DNA of 63,956 nt, counting the filler, from Welwitschia mirabilis (Eukaryota): the NCBI GenBank assembly GCA_051453625.1. It is 6 parts of one record of this genome, joined end to end, with 100 filler letters (N's around TTAATTAATTAA, not from the genome) between each part and the next. Parts side by side here need not be neighbours in the genome. Positions count along the whole stretch, not along the records: positions 14,918 to 41,516 come from JBOZIK010000001.1; positions 41,617 to 56,640 come from JBOZIK010000001.1; 4 more parts are not named here. One strand, given 5' to 3'. The position numbers and the translations under genes are program-made. Within the stretch, counting starts at the first letter, position 1. Each line of letters opens with the position of its first letter. The notes beneath the pieces were generated by a model. That model did not search any database. It worked only from the letters and a program-made list of their open reading frames with translations, and was not told the origin of the DNA. Positions 37,384 through 51,122 of this stretch are shown here, one piece after another.

Positions 37384-40300
37384 ATGATTTTAATCAAAGG
37401 TCTTCAAACTTTAAAAATCAAAGTCAAAACCAAAATTAAAGTCAAATCTAAAATTAAAACAATTTTTAACTTAGGATGAATGGACAATGAAATTTCAAAA
37501 AATTTTAAACAAGTTATCCTAATTTCCAACCATTTTGAAAATGATTTGAGAATGCAAATTTCCAACCAAACAACTCTAATAATCAAGAAAGCTCATCCAA
37601 ATTATAAAATCAAAGTGATCCACTTTAGAATTCCATTGATGAGCAGAGAAAAACCCAAAAGAAAACAAATTCCAACATTAAAAATCTTGTAATTATTTTA
37701 TAATAAATCATATTTGCTAATCAAATACCATAAGGATCACTTGCAATACAACCTCTACCAAATTCAAATAACACTAAGGAAGATTGTAAGGTTGTGACAA
37801 GAAGTAAAAATGAGATAACACCTCCTACCCATGTGACTTTAACATCTTGAAGTGATAAAAATGATGAGAAAGAAGCAGATATAGAAATTTTATAAAATCA
37901 TTCTTTCCCTTCTCCTTTAAATGATAAACAAAAAAATTCTTCTCACAGAGAAGGTAAGAAACCTACTACCCCTTGGTTTGATAGATTGAATATTAATCCT
38001 ACTTTTGATGAATATCTTAAAGCCCTAATGAAAAATGTGAGCATAAATTTATCATTTTAGATACATTTACAAGATAATCCTATATATTTTAATTTGTGAA
38101 AATATCTAACTAGGAGAAAATAAAAAAGAACTATTCTTAGTAAATTCTTCCTAGCCAAATTCATAAACAACTTAGTCTTACATAAATGTATAAAGTTTAA
38201 GGATCTAGGGGTAGTAACTATTAGTGTTACTTTGGAAGGAAACATAAGAATAAAGAAAGCCTTGATTGATATAGGAGCAAGTTTCAACATTATTCATTTG
38301 CACATTTGTCAATGACTTGAGTTGGAAAGTAGAATTAAGCCTATAAGAATTGTCTTAGAATTAGAAAATGCATAGATAAGAAATCTTTAGACATGATTAA
38401 AGATTTAATGATTTAACTAGAAAAAGAATTCTTTCCTATTGATGTGGTTGTAATTGAAGTTGAACATAATGATAGTTATCCATTACTTCTAGATAGATCT
38501 TTTTATTCAACAACACATTGTAATATACATATCAAAATAGAAATGATGGAGTGTTATTTAGGAAATAAGAAGATTACAATAAGAGTATTTAATGCTGCTA
38601 AAAAATATTTAGGTGATGACTTGAGTGTGGAAGAAGAGATTAAACTAAGTTTATTTCTATAACATTATCTACTTGAGGAAAGAAGGTCAATGCTTCATGA
38701 GCCAACTTTCTTTGATAATCCACTTGAAGTAGACAACTTGAAAGCTTTCAATAAAGATCAACTTGATTTCAACCATTTAAAAACTAATTATTTTAATTAA
38801 GAGAGTAGAAAGACTAAATCTATTAACTATGTAGAAGTCTGAGATCTAAGAGAAACTGAGATTTCTTATTTTAAAAGTGATCATCCACTACTAACTTCTG
38901 AATGATAGCCTGAGATAATAGTCAATTTTTATGAAAATTAATAGAAAATAAAAATCTGAATTTAAGTTGGAATTTGAAACCTTTACCTACTGAACTGAAG
39001 CATATCTTTCTATATAATGATTAGAATAAATATTTAATAATCAATGAAAATCTTTTTTCCCAACAAGAATAAATCTTAATCTCACTTTTATAATTTAAGG
39101 TAAATGTGTTTTCTTAGTCTTACAAAGATTTCACAACCATTCCTACCTTAATTGTTCAACATAAAATCTACCTTGAGGATAATGCAAAATCTCTTAAGTA
39201 ACCCTAATATAAACTTAATCTAGCACTTAAACAAATTGTAAAAGATTAAATCATTCAGTTAATGGATGCTAAAATAATTTATACCATAGCTGATAGTCAG
39301 TGGATTAGCCCTTTGATAGTAGTACNNNNNNNNNNNNNNNNNNNNNNNNNNNNNNNNNNNNNNNNNNNNNNNNNNNNNNNNNNNNNNNNNNNNNNNNNNN
39401 NNNNNNNNNNNNNNNNNNNNNNNNNNNNNNNNNNNNNNNNNNNNNNNNNNNNNNNNNNNNNNNNNNNNNNNNNNNNNNNNNNNNNNNNNNNNNNNNNNNN
39501 NNNNNNNNNNNNNNNNNNNNNNNNNNNNNNNNNNNNNNNNNNNNNNNNNNNNNNNNNNNNNNNNNNNNNNNNNNNNNNNNNNNNNNNNNNNNNNNNNNNN
39601 NNNNNNNNNNNNNNNNNNNNNNNNNNNNNNNNNNNNNNNNNNNNNNNNNNNNNNNNNNNNNNNNNNNNNNNNNNNNNNNNNNNNNNNNNNNNNNNNNNNN
39701 NNNNNNNNNAAAGTCCTTAATAGATGCATTTCTAGTGGTCTACATTTGAGTTGAGAGAAACGTTTATTTTAGTTGAGAGTGAAATTGTTTTATATCACTA
39801 TATTTCAAAAAAGAAATTAGAATGAACCTTGAAAAGATTGGTATCATTCAAAACCTAATTCCCCTAATCAATATAAAACAAGTTCTATCCTTCCTTGGTC
39901 ATTATGGTTTTTATCATTAGTTTATTCAAGATTATGTAAAATTTTGTAAACCCCTTTACTTGTTACTAGAAAAAGAAGTTAAATTTCATTGGAATAAACC
40001 TTATCAACTTACTTTTGATAAACTTAAATATAAACTTTCTTATGCTCCTATTGTAATGAGACCCAATTGAGAAAAAGATTTTGAGTTAATGTGTGATGCT
40101 AGTCATGTTGCCATGGGTGGGTTACTTTGTTAAAAATATGAAAATGATTTTAAAATTATATCTTATCATAGTAAAATTCTATCTAGAACTCAAATAAATT
40201 ATACTACTATAGCAAAAGAAATATTAGTCATTATCTTTTTACCTTGATATGCTTAAACATTATCTTTTAGGCTTTCATACAAATGTTTACATTGATCATG

Positions 40301-43300
40301 CTGCAATTCGATACCTTATGACTAAGAAAGGTTTGAGTGCTAGATTGATTATATGGATCCTCCTCATAAAAGAATTTAATTTGATCATTATTAATAAAAC
40401 AAAAAAGCATAATAGTATTGCTAATCATTTATCTTGTCTTTCTTACCTTGTTTATGATCTTTTGATTGATGATTATTTTCTAGATGAATAACTTTTTGTT
40501 ATATTTTCTATGCATCCTCCTCCTTTGTATGTTGATATTGTTAATTACCTTATTAATATGAAAACATCACAACATTAAACTTATAATCAATGAAAATCCT
40601 TTCTTCATAAAATAGATAGCTATGAATGGATAGAGTCATACCTTTATCATAGGTGTGAAGACTAAATTATATGAAAATGTATGCATGATTGGGAAAAATA
40701 TGATATCTTTTAGAATTTTCATGGTGATGTTTGTGGATTTCATTTAGTGGATTAGAAAAGAGTTATAAAATTCTTNNNNNNNNNNNNNNNNNNNNNNNNN
40801 NNNNNNNNNNNNNNNNNNNNNNNNNNNNNNNNNNNNNNNNNNNNNNNNNNNNNNNNNNNNNNNNNNNNNNNNNNNNNNNNNNNNNNNNNNNNNNNNNNNN
40901 NNNNNNNNNNNNNNNNNNNNNNNNNNNNNNNNNNNNNNNNNNNNNNNNNNNNNNNNNNNNNNNNNNNNNNNNNNNNNNNNNNNNNNNNNNNNNNNNNNNN
41001 NNNNNNNNNNNNNNNNNNNNNNNNNNNNNNNNNNNNNNNNNNNNNNNNNNNNNNNNNNNNNNNNNNNNNNNNNNNNNNNNNNNNNNNNNNNNNNNNNNNN
41101 NNNNNNNNNNNNNNNNNNNNNNNNNNNNNNNNNNNNNNNNNNNNNNNNNNNNNNNNNNNNNNNNNNNNNNNNNNNNNNNNNNNNNNNNNNNNNNNNNNNN
41201 NNNNNNNNNNNNNNNNNNNNNNNNNNNNNNNNNNNNNNNNNNNNNNNNNNNNNNNNNNNNNNNNNNNNNNNNNNGTTTGTGGATTTCATTTTAGTGGATT
41301 AGAAAAGAGTTATAAAATTCTTCATTATAGTTTTTATTGGCCGACTCGTTTTTAGGATTCTTTTGATTTTGCTAGAAAGTGTGATTCTTATTATCATTAT
41401 GGTAGCCTTATTCATGGTCAAGAGATGCTCCTTATACCTGTTATTAAATGTGAACCTTTTGATTATTGGAAAATTAATTTTATAGGCCCTATTCACCTTC
41501 TTTCTAATGATAAGAANNNNNNNNNNNNNNNNNNNNNNNNNNNNNNNNNNNNNNNNNNNNTTAATTAATTAANNNNNNNNNNNNNNNNNNNNNNNNNNNN
41601 NNNNNNNNNNNNNNNNTTAACTTAATTTTGTAGACCTTCATAATAATATTAAACATAAATTATCCTAATTAGATCACCTTGATGAAAATGTACTCATGTT
41701 ATACATTGTCAATTAATCTACCAAGCCCAAGCTAAGTTCAATTACAATAGAAAGTTACTTCACAAAAAGTTTGAATCTAGTAAACTTTTCCTTTTATATA
41801 ATAGTAGAGTACATCTTTCAAATAATAAGTTAACCTCTAAATGATTAAGTTCTTATCTTATAGAGAGAGTGCATTCTAATAGCTCTATTGAGATTTCTAA
41901 CTTAGAAATCAAAGAGATTCAGAAACTTAATGAACAGAGGTTNNNNNNNNNNNNNNNNNNNNNNNNNNNNNNNNNNNNNNNNNNNNNNNNNNNNNNNNNN
42001 NNNNNNNNNNNNNNNNNNNNNNNNNNNNNNNNNNNNNNNNNNAATGATTAAGTTCTTATCTTATAGAGAGAGTGCATTCTAATGGCTCTATTGAGATTTC
42101 TAACTTAGAAACCAAAGAGATTCAGAAACTTAATGAACAGAGGTTAAAACTATATGAAAATATTATGATGCAATCTTGAACATGGTAGAAGCATTTGTTT
42201 TAGAGGTTCCCCTTAAAGAGGAGGATTTACATCCTATCATTGTCTAAATTCATTTTTAGCTTATTCCTTTCATGAATGTTATGATGCCATTTGATCATTT
42301 TTTTAATTTGACTTATGTGTTGCTTTATAAATGTTTTCATGACTAGTATTCATACTTGGGCATTTTATAGTGATAAGATTCGATTCACCTAATCTTGAGA
42401 CATTTCCATATCTATGAAATCCNNNNNNNNNNNNNNNNNNNNNNNNNNNNNNNNNNNNNNNNNNNNNNNNNNNNNNNNNNNNNNNNNNNNNNNNNNNNNN
42501 NNNNNNNNNNNNNNNNNNNNNNATAATATTCGATTCACCTAATCTTGAGACATTTCCATATCTATGAAATCCATTTCAAAGAAAGATGTCTTAGTTCTTA
42601 TGCTCTTTTTTTTCAATGATGTAATGTATTTGGTTATTTAGGATTGTGTTTTTTTATCTTTTATCTTACTTATTCATCTTCATATTTTTTAGTGTGTGAG
42701 ATCATGTGGGAATTATTTGAAAAAAAAAATATTATTAAACCATAAAAGAGAGAAAAAATAATAACCATGATTTATTGTATTTATGCTTAAAGAAAAACAT
42801 ATGGTCATCATGATGTCCTACCGCATCGAGACAAATTTTTTTGAAAGGAATCTTTGATAGTATTAGTAGTTGTGGGAGCTCCACTAGAGGGTTAGTTTTA
42901 CATGCTTCATGATTTATTACTTCTATAACTATGGTTATACTCCCCTTATCATAGAAAAGTTATAATAAACTTTGAGGCTGTGAGATCAATGGTATTCCTA
43001 ATATTATCAGAGGCATTGCTTATTTCCTAGGCTCTTTGTATTCCCACATAATCATTTTGCTTTGGAGGATTTGAGTGTGTTTTGGGACGTGAGTAGGTGA
43101 ATTCATTTTTAAGTAACTTTTAATCTTATCATTCATTATTCTAAGCACTTGATTCTTTTAGTATCATCATAATCATTATCTTTTCGAGTGGAACTTTATG
43201 AAGTTTATACATTTTATCATGCATTTTTACTCAAGTAGCTTTATGATGTCTTTTATGGGGGTTTTCTAGGTTAGAATTTATAATACATAAGTAATCTTGT

Positions 43301-46300
43301 ACATTTTTCTTATGTCTATTTTCATTCTTCTTTTCTTTGGTTTTCCAATTTGTTATTTTGAAGTTGTTTCTGCAATAGAATTAAATAGATAATCTTTTAT
43401 GCTTCATAACTTTTATAATATTCCTTGTATATTTTGGAGTTTTATGCTTTATCTTATTTATTTTTTAATTTGAACAAATTTATTTAGTATTCATTATCAA
43501 GTTTTAATCTAGTTAGTATGTTTTCCTTAGCCTTAATTTTCATTTATTTTGATTTTTCCACTTCATCCTGATTTTTCATGATTCTTTCTCATTTCCTATT
43601 TTTTAAAACTTTCTGATAAATTATGATATCTTTACAATAATATTTGAGCCTAAATGTTTTGACTGACATGTTAATTTTTAAGAAAATTTCTAAAGTTTCA
43701 TCATCCACCTCATCATTTAGAGGACACAGGCAGATAACAATTTGATTTTTTTAAGAGTCATCCTAGGGCTATTATCCAAATAATGCAACTAGATGATAAT
43801 GCAATAAAACTGTGGCCCAAACCTTTTTCCCTCATTTTTTATTTATTTTACTATTATTTTCACCCATTCCTTGGAATATGATAGTCCTCCTAGTCCCTAC
43901 CGATGTGTTGATTCTTGCCCTGTGCAATTCGCCTTTAGATTTACTAGATTTTTGTGAATTCTTGAAAATGAGGTATGTTTTTCTCTCCATTATATTTTTC
44001 AAATTTTTTAATAGTTTCTTAACCTTTTGACATGTGTATGTTGATTAATTTTTCACACTCTTTGATTTGAAACTTATGAATTTGATTTTTACTACATATT
44101 TTGAAAGATATAATCAATTATGTGTTTTATGAGAAAAATTTAGGTTTTTATCTTTCACACTCAATTTCTTGCAAATTGTAAATCAAAACATAGTAATCCT
44201 TTAGGGTAAATTAATCAATTTAACATGTTTTATAATTTTGCAATATTATATTTTTTATTTGAGCACTTTAAGTTTTTACCTTATGTGGGGCCCACTTAAA
44301 AAATAATTTTTACATTTTTCACGCATTTGGAAATTTTCTTCTCACAACTAGATAATATAAGATGTATTGACACTTTTGGGGGGAATGTATTTTCATAATT
44401 TTTTACTTTTTTAAAATTGAATTTGAGGGGGATTTTAAACATCCACGCGACATATTTTGTCATGTCTACCAGATTTCACATAAATTTTTGCACATTTTTT
44501 ATTGAATAGACCTCATACATGTAGAGCTAGATAAGCTAAGGCTAAGGCCAATTCCATAGAGTAGGAGATGAGCCCATTAGTATTGCCTGAGGTAGAGCAT
44601 GTAAATCCCGTGCATCCCCTGCCTCAACATAGATAATTACTTATCATTTAAACTGTCACTATCCATGTTGAGTGATACTTTGAAAATTTAATGAGTAGAT
44701 TAGAGCTAGAGGTTGATCAAAGGCTTTCTGATTTATAACTCCATTGGATTTTAAATGCACATGGAACATACTATATATTATAGACTAGAGGGTTTCATGA
44801 TATGATGCACATGGAGTGATGACCTGATTCCCATGGTTACCTAGTGGATATAATCGTAGCTTCAATTGGGACCATAATATAATAGTTATCTCAAATCACA
44901 TTGTGTCAGTAACAGATTTAGATGGTATTGGAAATCTTCACATTCATTCTACTAGTGATACAAATGAATGTCACACTAGACATTCTAGTGAATTTGACAT
45001 TAGAGAGGTAAGGTGTTCTTATGACACAGTTGATCCCTACTTATAGAGTATTACATAAAGGACGGATTCATAATATTATCTTATCATTTCATGATAGTTA
45101 TGCCATGGTTGCGTACTTTCAAATATTAGTAACATTCAAGAAGGATGAGCAGATGGACTTGCCTACTTTCATGTAGGGGAAACTCGGGTCTATGATCAAG
45201 GCATGATAGCTATAGACTCTAGGATACCTATGCCTTCTCTCAGTCATGTTTTGATAGTTTAGGATACCAAAGCCCCTAGGTAAGTAGTGCCTTATGCATA
45301 TTCAGGTTTTATCTCACTATCTTCAAGACATCGATATATAGATACTAAAAGAAGGAGATAGCCCTCAGGTTTAGAGACCTATGGTTAGAGTATTATTAGA
45401 GAAGATCGAAGCCCTCCTGACAAAGACCAGTGAGACATTAAGAGTTTCATCAATAGAGGTATCTTGATGCTTGAGCAAAGGATCTAGACAGTTGAGAGGA
45501 TAATTTAACTCTTTGAGGAGCAGTTAGTTGATGTACATCAGTGTGTTATATCTATCCAGCAGAGTGTAATAGTGAATATTTCAGAGGAAGTCCATATATA
45601 GGGAGATGAAATGGTTTCCTCTATCTCTATATTATTAGATCTCAATTTCCCTATAGATCTTGAGTAGCCTCCTTTTTCTCCTCTTGCATCTATGCTTGCT
45701 AACCACACTATGTTTCCTATGAGGCATTGAGGGAAGTGATTTATATCATATTTTGTATCTTCCACTCTTTAGATTTTGTGTACTTAAAACTCATACTATA
45801 TATACACATCATTATTTTGAATTTCAACATGGTGTATTTTTCTTTTATTTTTATGCTTATCTTTCTTTTCACATTTCATAATAAGAATTGATTATATTTC
45901 TTATGATCATTTTACTTTTTCACTGTATATTTTGGTTAGGGGATTTTAATTATTAGTGAATTTATTAATTATTTATCTAAAATTTTTTATTACAGGATCT
46001 ATTTTTTAAGAATAATTTTTAAGTCTATCATCCTCCATATCATCTAGGTCTTGATGATAATATGGCCACTATCTCAAATAGGTGAAATGTTTAGTTTTCT
46101 ACTTTTACATAATTCATTCTAGATCTCTGAGATTTTTGAAAATTTTTATGAGCTATTTTTTTAATATTTTAATTGTTTTTATTGTTAAATAAGTTAGTCT
46201 ACAATCATGGTTAACCACCTAGTTTTGTTAGGGACTAATAAAGCTAAGTGAGGTGCTATGTTGCACTACCAACTTGTATGTATTTGATAAGGTATTTTAA

Positions 46301-47522
46301 GTAGTTTTGTAGAATATTAGATAGGTTTAAGCTAGATTTCTATGATAATGGAGAGCTAAGACAAAAGATACACAAACATGTAATCTTTATAACATTTTAT
46401 AGCATTTAAAGCTATTTACAAAATTTTCTATTTGAGGTAAAATTCTTGCAAACATTAAGGCTAATGCATCACATCAACACTTATAAAGCACCTATTTTCG
46501 ACCTCATCATCTAGACAATTATATCAATGATAGAACATTTAAGCCAACAAGGATGCTAGTTAGTATCAGTTTGGTAGATGATATGGAATTCTTATAAGGT
46601 GATAACATCTCCTATATGGTATAGACTACCAACAGGATGACATCTAAAATAACACTTCATTGAGTTTCACCTAACTTTGACCATTTGTCTCTATGTTTCT
46701 TACGTGGTTGTTAGGATTGTGTTCATGNNNNNNNNNNNNNNNNNNNTGTGATGATATTTTTATCAATAAATATTGACTTTACTCTTAAGTTCTACTTGCT
46801 TTTACTTGCACCAAAAATTCTCATGATAGGAGATTAAAGAACCAAAAATCCATCCATTATAGTTACAAAGAGACTTCTTTTTTATTATTGAGTTGTGCAT
46901 CCTCCATTGAGGTACGGTTCATTTGTAACACAGATGTTGATTTGAATTTAATTCAGACAACTTTTTTCTATTTTCTTATGCATATTGTGTACATATTCCT
47001 TACAGTTTATATTGCTTTTGGTTCCGTATCAACGTCTTCAGTGATATAGATTATGAGAACAACCTTTGTTAAGGTTAAGCATTGTTAGTTTAGGTGTATC
47101 GTATTTCTTTCCTAAATTAACTTTGCATAGTTTTCTATTCTATTCAACATACTTGATAGCTTAGATTGGTCTTAATCTAGTGAAAAAAAATTTTAATTGA
47201 TCTAAGTTATATAGGGTCACTCTCCATGAGAGGTTGATCCAGTAAATGGATGGATGTTGCACTTACATTAGCTTTGCATTTATTTGCATTAGTATGTTGC
47301 ATTACCATTTTCTACATTGTTCTTTATTTCTGTTATTAAAGTATGTAGGTGTTTTATTCTTGAAATTAATTCTCAATCTTTTCACCTATCCCTTCAATAA
47401 GAATATGACATTTAATTCACTCATCTATATTAGTATGTTATGTTATGAAAAATCTATATTTATTTGTAAATGACAAGATCTTATTAAGCGTATAATCATT
47501 TACACACATACACACTGCAATA
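37384..47522 (+). mobile_element. Athila-like element: gag C-terminus, PR, RT/RH/INT (gapped), ~4 kb 3' region with extra ORF, PPT, 3' LTR (46259-47522)
   Basis: ALIDIGASFNI at 38259-38291, DSQWISPL at ~39292-39316, FELMCDAS at ~40079, ORF 40249-40491 (YIDHAAIRYL...RLIIWILLIKEF), and EPFDYWKINFIGP at ~41452-41490. The pre-LTR motif GGGACTAATAAAGCTAAGTGAGG is followed by TGTTGCAC. Confidence 0.9.
44519..45770 (+). pseudogene. Degenerate extra ORF between integrase and the 3' LTR (Athila env-like position)
   Basis: An island of higher GC and coding-like composition within the T-rich 3' region, where Athila elements carry an additional ORF. Many stops and no recognisable domain. Confidence 0.5.
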
Positions 47523-48498
47523 GAGTATTATTTGCCTTATCATCCTAATGACTATGGGGATGACACACGTGGTAGTTTTGAACCCGAGATTAAATTCAAA
47601 ATTTAAGAGGGGCAAGATGCTATAGTGGATGATAATGATGGTAGAGATGTTATGATGGAATGGTGGTATGGTTGGAAAATTTATGAGAGGCTTAATAGGA
47701 TGAGTATCTACTAAGTATAAAAATGGTTAAGGGTTTGGTTATTGTTTGTAAATACTTGAAAATTTCAAATAATAAGACTATAAAATGATAAAGTTTTCAC
47801 CATTATTTATGAAAAAGTAAAGTGAATGACTTTAAGAATATTAATTTTCAAGTAAGAAAATCAAAAACTGAAAATAAACAACATGGAATATATAGAAGAT
47901 TAACTAGTTTTTCCCTAAATTCTAACTTAGCAAGATTCCTTGGATAAGATTATAAGAGTACTTGATGTAAAGATGCATGATCCATTATAAGAATATCATA
48001 GTTTATCATTTGATAAGGCAGTAAAAGGATCAATATTTAAAGATTATTTCAAAAAGTATTAATTGATGTTTAGACTATAATTCAATGCATTATTAGCTTT
48101 TAGTAACCATAAGTACTTTGGTAAAAACATCATCCAATGATTACTATGTTGAAAAGTCCTCAAGTATTTTCCCTTGGAGTGATGGCAATCAAGTGGAGTA
48201 TTGAGAGAACATTATTGTTCATGATGAGAAAAGTTTAATCACTACTACAAAAATAAGGATATGGAAGTAAAGCTAAATTATGACTGACGGACCCTCTAGT
48301 GCAGTTCCCATAGCTATCATATTGCACTACCAAAGGCCCCTCTTAGGAAAATTTTCCTTGGTGCACTTATGGTAGGACCTTATGGTATATGTTTGAGTAG
48401 GATTAACTTTTCTTTTATTTTATTCCCTCTTTTTTTAATTAACTTGGATCACATATTTATTAGTATTGATTAATCATTAGAGTGATAAAATAACTAAG

Positions 48499-51122
48499 TG
48501 TTAGAAATATTTGATAGGAGTGGTTATAACCACTCCCTTATTTCTTCCTCATCCCTTTTCTATTCTCTCTCCCGCTATCCAACCTTACCTATTTTCTGTT
48601 ATGTAGCAAGCTATAAATTCTTGTATTTAATAATGAAAAATTAGAGAGATGATTTAAATGAATATTTTACAACCTCCATGGATTTAATTGTTTGCATATC
48701 ATTTTTCCCATTATCATGCTTCTGAATCTACAAATGGTATCAGAGCAGGTCTAAGGGGTAGTGTAGTAGCTAGCCTTAAGATCTTGTAGGAGAATAAGAA
48801 GAATTACTTCAAGAGGGTGACATAGAGAAGAAAAATGCATTATGCTACCTATTTAATTCTCTTTGTGCTAGATTTCATTCACGTCTTTGAGGTACCTTTT
48901 CCTTTTTTAATAAGAGAAGAGACGATGATTTCTTACATTTGTTCTATCATTTTCGTTTATGTTAACGCCTCTGTTTAGACTTAAATTATTTCTATGAATG
49001 GTGGGGAGAAAGTCATTTATGCATCATCATCTTGGTCTTACTAATTGCTTCGAATAAATTCACAAAATTGGAGTTTCAGATTTGTTTTCTCAAATTCTAA
49101 TTCCATGCATGCTGTAGAAGGTTGTTATGCATCATTGTTATGTGTTCTGCTTTGGATAATGCACCCATGGTTAGTACGACTACTGTCTTGGAGTCAATCC
49201 TTAGATGGCCAAATCCTAAACTGGTTTTTTGAGAGCAATGAAATGGGAAAAGAGACAAATAAATTCTATATTCAAATCATAGAGAATCTTTGTACCTATT
49301 CCATAGAGGTTCTGATTTGTGATTTAGATTTTGTTTTGTCTTTTTTATTGGTTCTAATATATTTTCAATATTGGTGATGCTTGTAATTGACTTAAGAAAG
49401 AGTCAGGGCCTTGCTAGTAATCAATAATTTATGATAATGCTTAAATTTAAGATCCAAAAATAAGCAAGAATCTAAGAGACTGGTAATACCTATAAAGAAT
49501 CTTGCAATTGGAAAAAACCATCAGCCAACAAAAATGTCGATCCCTAAGGCCCTAGGTAATTGTGCAGTAGCAGGGACATCAACTTAGACAAAAATGCCTG
49601 TGCAATTACCATCCTCTTACTCGTCTTTCAATAAAAATAGTAACTCTGCATGCAAAAGCAGTCTAGAAATGTTGTATTAGGTAGCTGCACTATATCCGTT
49701 TCCTCTAGAAGCCTCTCTCAACCTCATTAGTGGTTCCTCACAGAGCCAAGCAAAGCTGCAAAGTCAGGTACTATGTAATATTAATTGATGCTCAAATCAT
49801 TATAAATTACTGGGAAATCAGAATAGATCTAGAGGTGGGGAAAAATGCAGGTAAGATTAAGCCAAACAATTTCTATAGATGAGAATGGATTTTGAGATGA
49901 TTTCATTTAGCGTGAGGAGAAGAATGTGCGTGGAGATGTTACTTGTGAGCATCATCATTCAGTTTGTGATGGGGTAATGCTATAATCATTTTAGTGGTAC
50001 CTAAGTAACACAGAAAGGTATCTAAGCGATAAATTCAATCTTATCATGCATAAGGCTAAGCCTCTTCTTACAGTCTATGTGCCGCACTGGCCGTCTCATC
50101 TTTACTATACTATCTAAGGCTTTCTTCTTACCCTTTTAAGGCCTTTCAAAACTCATTAACATATTTATTAATATTAAGACCTGTACTTTGGATCTTATTT
50201 GTGTTTTTAAGCAAAGTTTATATTGAGGAGGTACTCAAATTTTTTTTTAAAATAAAAAATAAAAAACGTTTTTGGTGTAAAGATGGCCTAAAATGAAAGA
50301 AGGCACTGTCTTATTTTATTGGATTGGTCTTATAGTTACACTAAGTCCATGTAAGGGTTGGTTCTATAGTTTTGATAAGTCCACATATAATGTAGGGTGT
50401 CTTATTTTCTGGGTTTGTACAATCCTTTGAGCATGGATTGATTTTATTAACAAGATTTTATACCATGTTTTTAGATTATTAATGTATTGATAAAGCTAAA
50501 TTTACTAACTCCTACTAATGGTCGATTAAGTAAAAGTTAGGTTAGGGGGTTATCCTAACCAATTTATATGATATGCAACTTTATATAACATGATACTATA
50601 AGAAGTGATATGGAACACTTCTTGTAATACTATTTTACATAAAAATTGCTTAGGTTAGTCCACATGATTGCAAATGTCAGGAGTTATCCCACTTTGTCCT
50701 GAGTTATCACACTTTGTCCTGAATTGTCCTGAGTTATCCCGAGTTATCCTGAGTTATTCCAAGTTGTTCCACTTTGTTTCAAGCTATTCCATTTTGTTCT
50801 GAGTGAATATTCCCAGTTACTTAAGCTAGGTTGGAGGCTTGTTATAATCATTTCATATCAATTGTGATGTTAAATTTCACATAAATTTTAACATCAAGGG
50901 AGGGTATTAGAAATATTTAATAGGAGTGGTTATAACCACTCCCTTATTTCTTCCTCATCCCTCTCCTATTCTCTCTCCCGCTACCCAATCTTACCTATTT
51001 TCTGTCATGTAGAAAGCTATAAATTCTTTCATAGAATAATGAAAAATTAGAGAGCTAATTTAAATGAATTTTTTTCAAGCTCCATGGGTTGAATTATTTG
51101 CTATCACACTTCTAAATCTATG
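48499..51122 (+). mobile_element. Element D: complete non-autonomous LTR element with no recognisable gag/pol (large TRIM / small LARD-like)
   Basis: LTRs at 48499-48732 and 50905-51122. TSD CTAAG at 48494-48498 and 51123-51127. Perfect tRNA-Met PBS TGGTATCAGAGC at 48735-48746. PPT AAGGGAGGG at 50896-50904. Confidence 0.9.
50680..50806 (+). repeat. Tandem array of ~10-bp units (GAGTTATCCC / ACTTTGTCCT) near the PPT of element D
   Basis: gagttatccc actttgtcct gagttatcac actttgtcct gaattgtcct gagttatccc gagttatcct... Confidence 0.85.

Noticed and set aside
37161..37397. Ser-Leu repeat ORF
   Set aside because: It is the translation of the (AG)n microsatellite plus Ns.
41840..42572. Near-identical repeats on either side of gaps (also 20131/20286 and 40729/41275)
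   Set aside because: Almost exact copies flanking N runs indicate unmerged contig overlaps.
49045..49377. 110-aa ORF inside element D as a real gene
   Set aside because: It has a TTG start, no recognisable motif, and a length compatible with chance.
50680..50806. Short regularly spaced repeats as a CRISPR-like array (also 10170-10330, 52920-53015)
   Set aside because: There are no unique spacers or cas genes, the context is eukaryotic, and these are tandem repeats within LTR elements.
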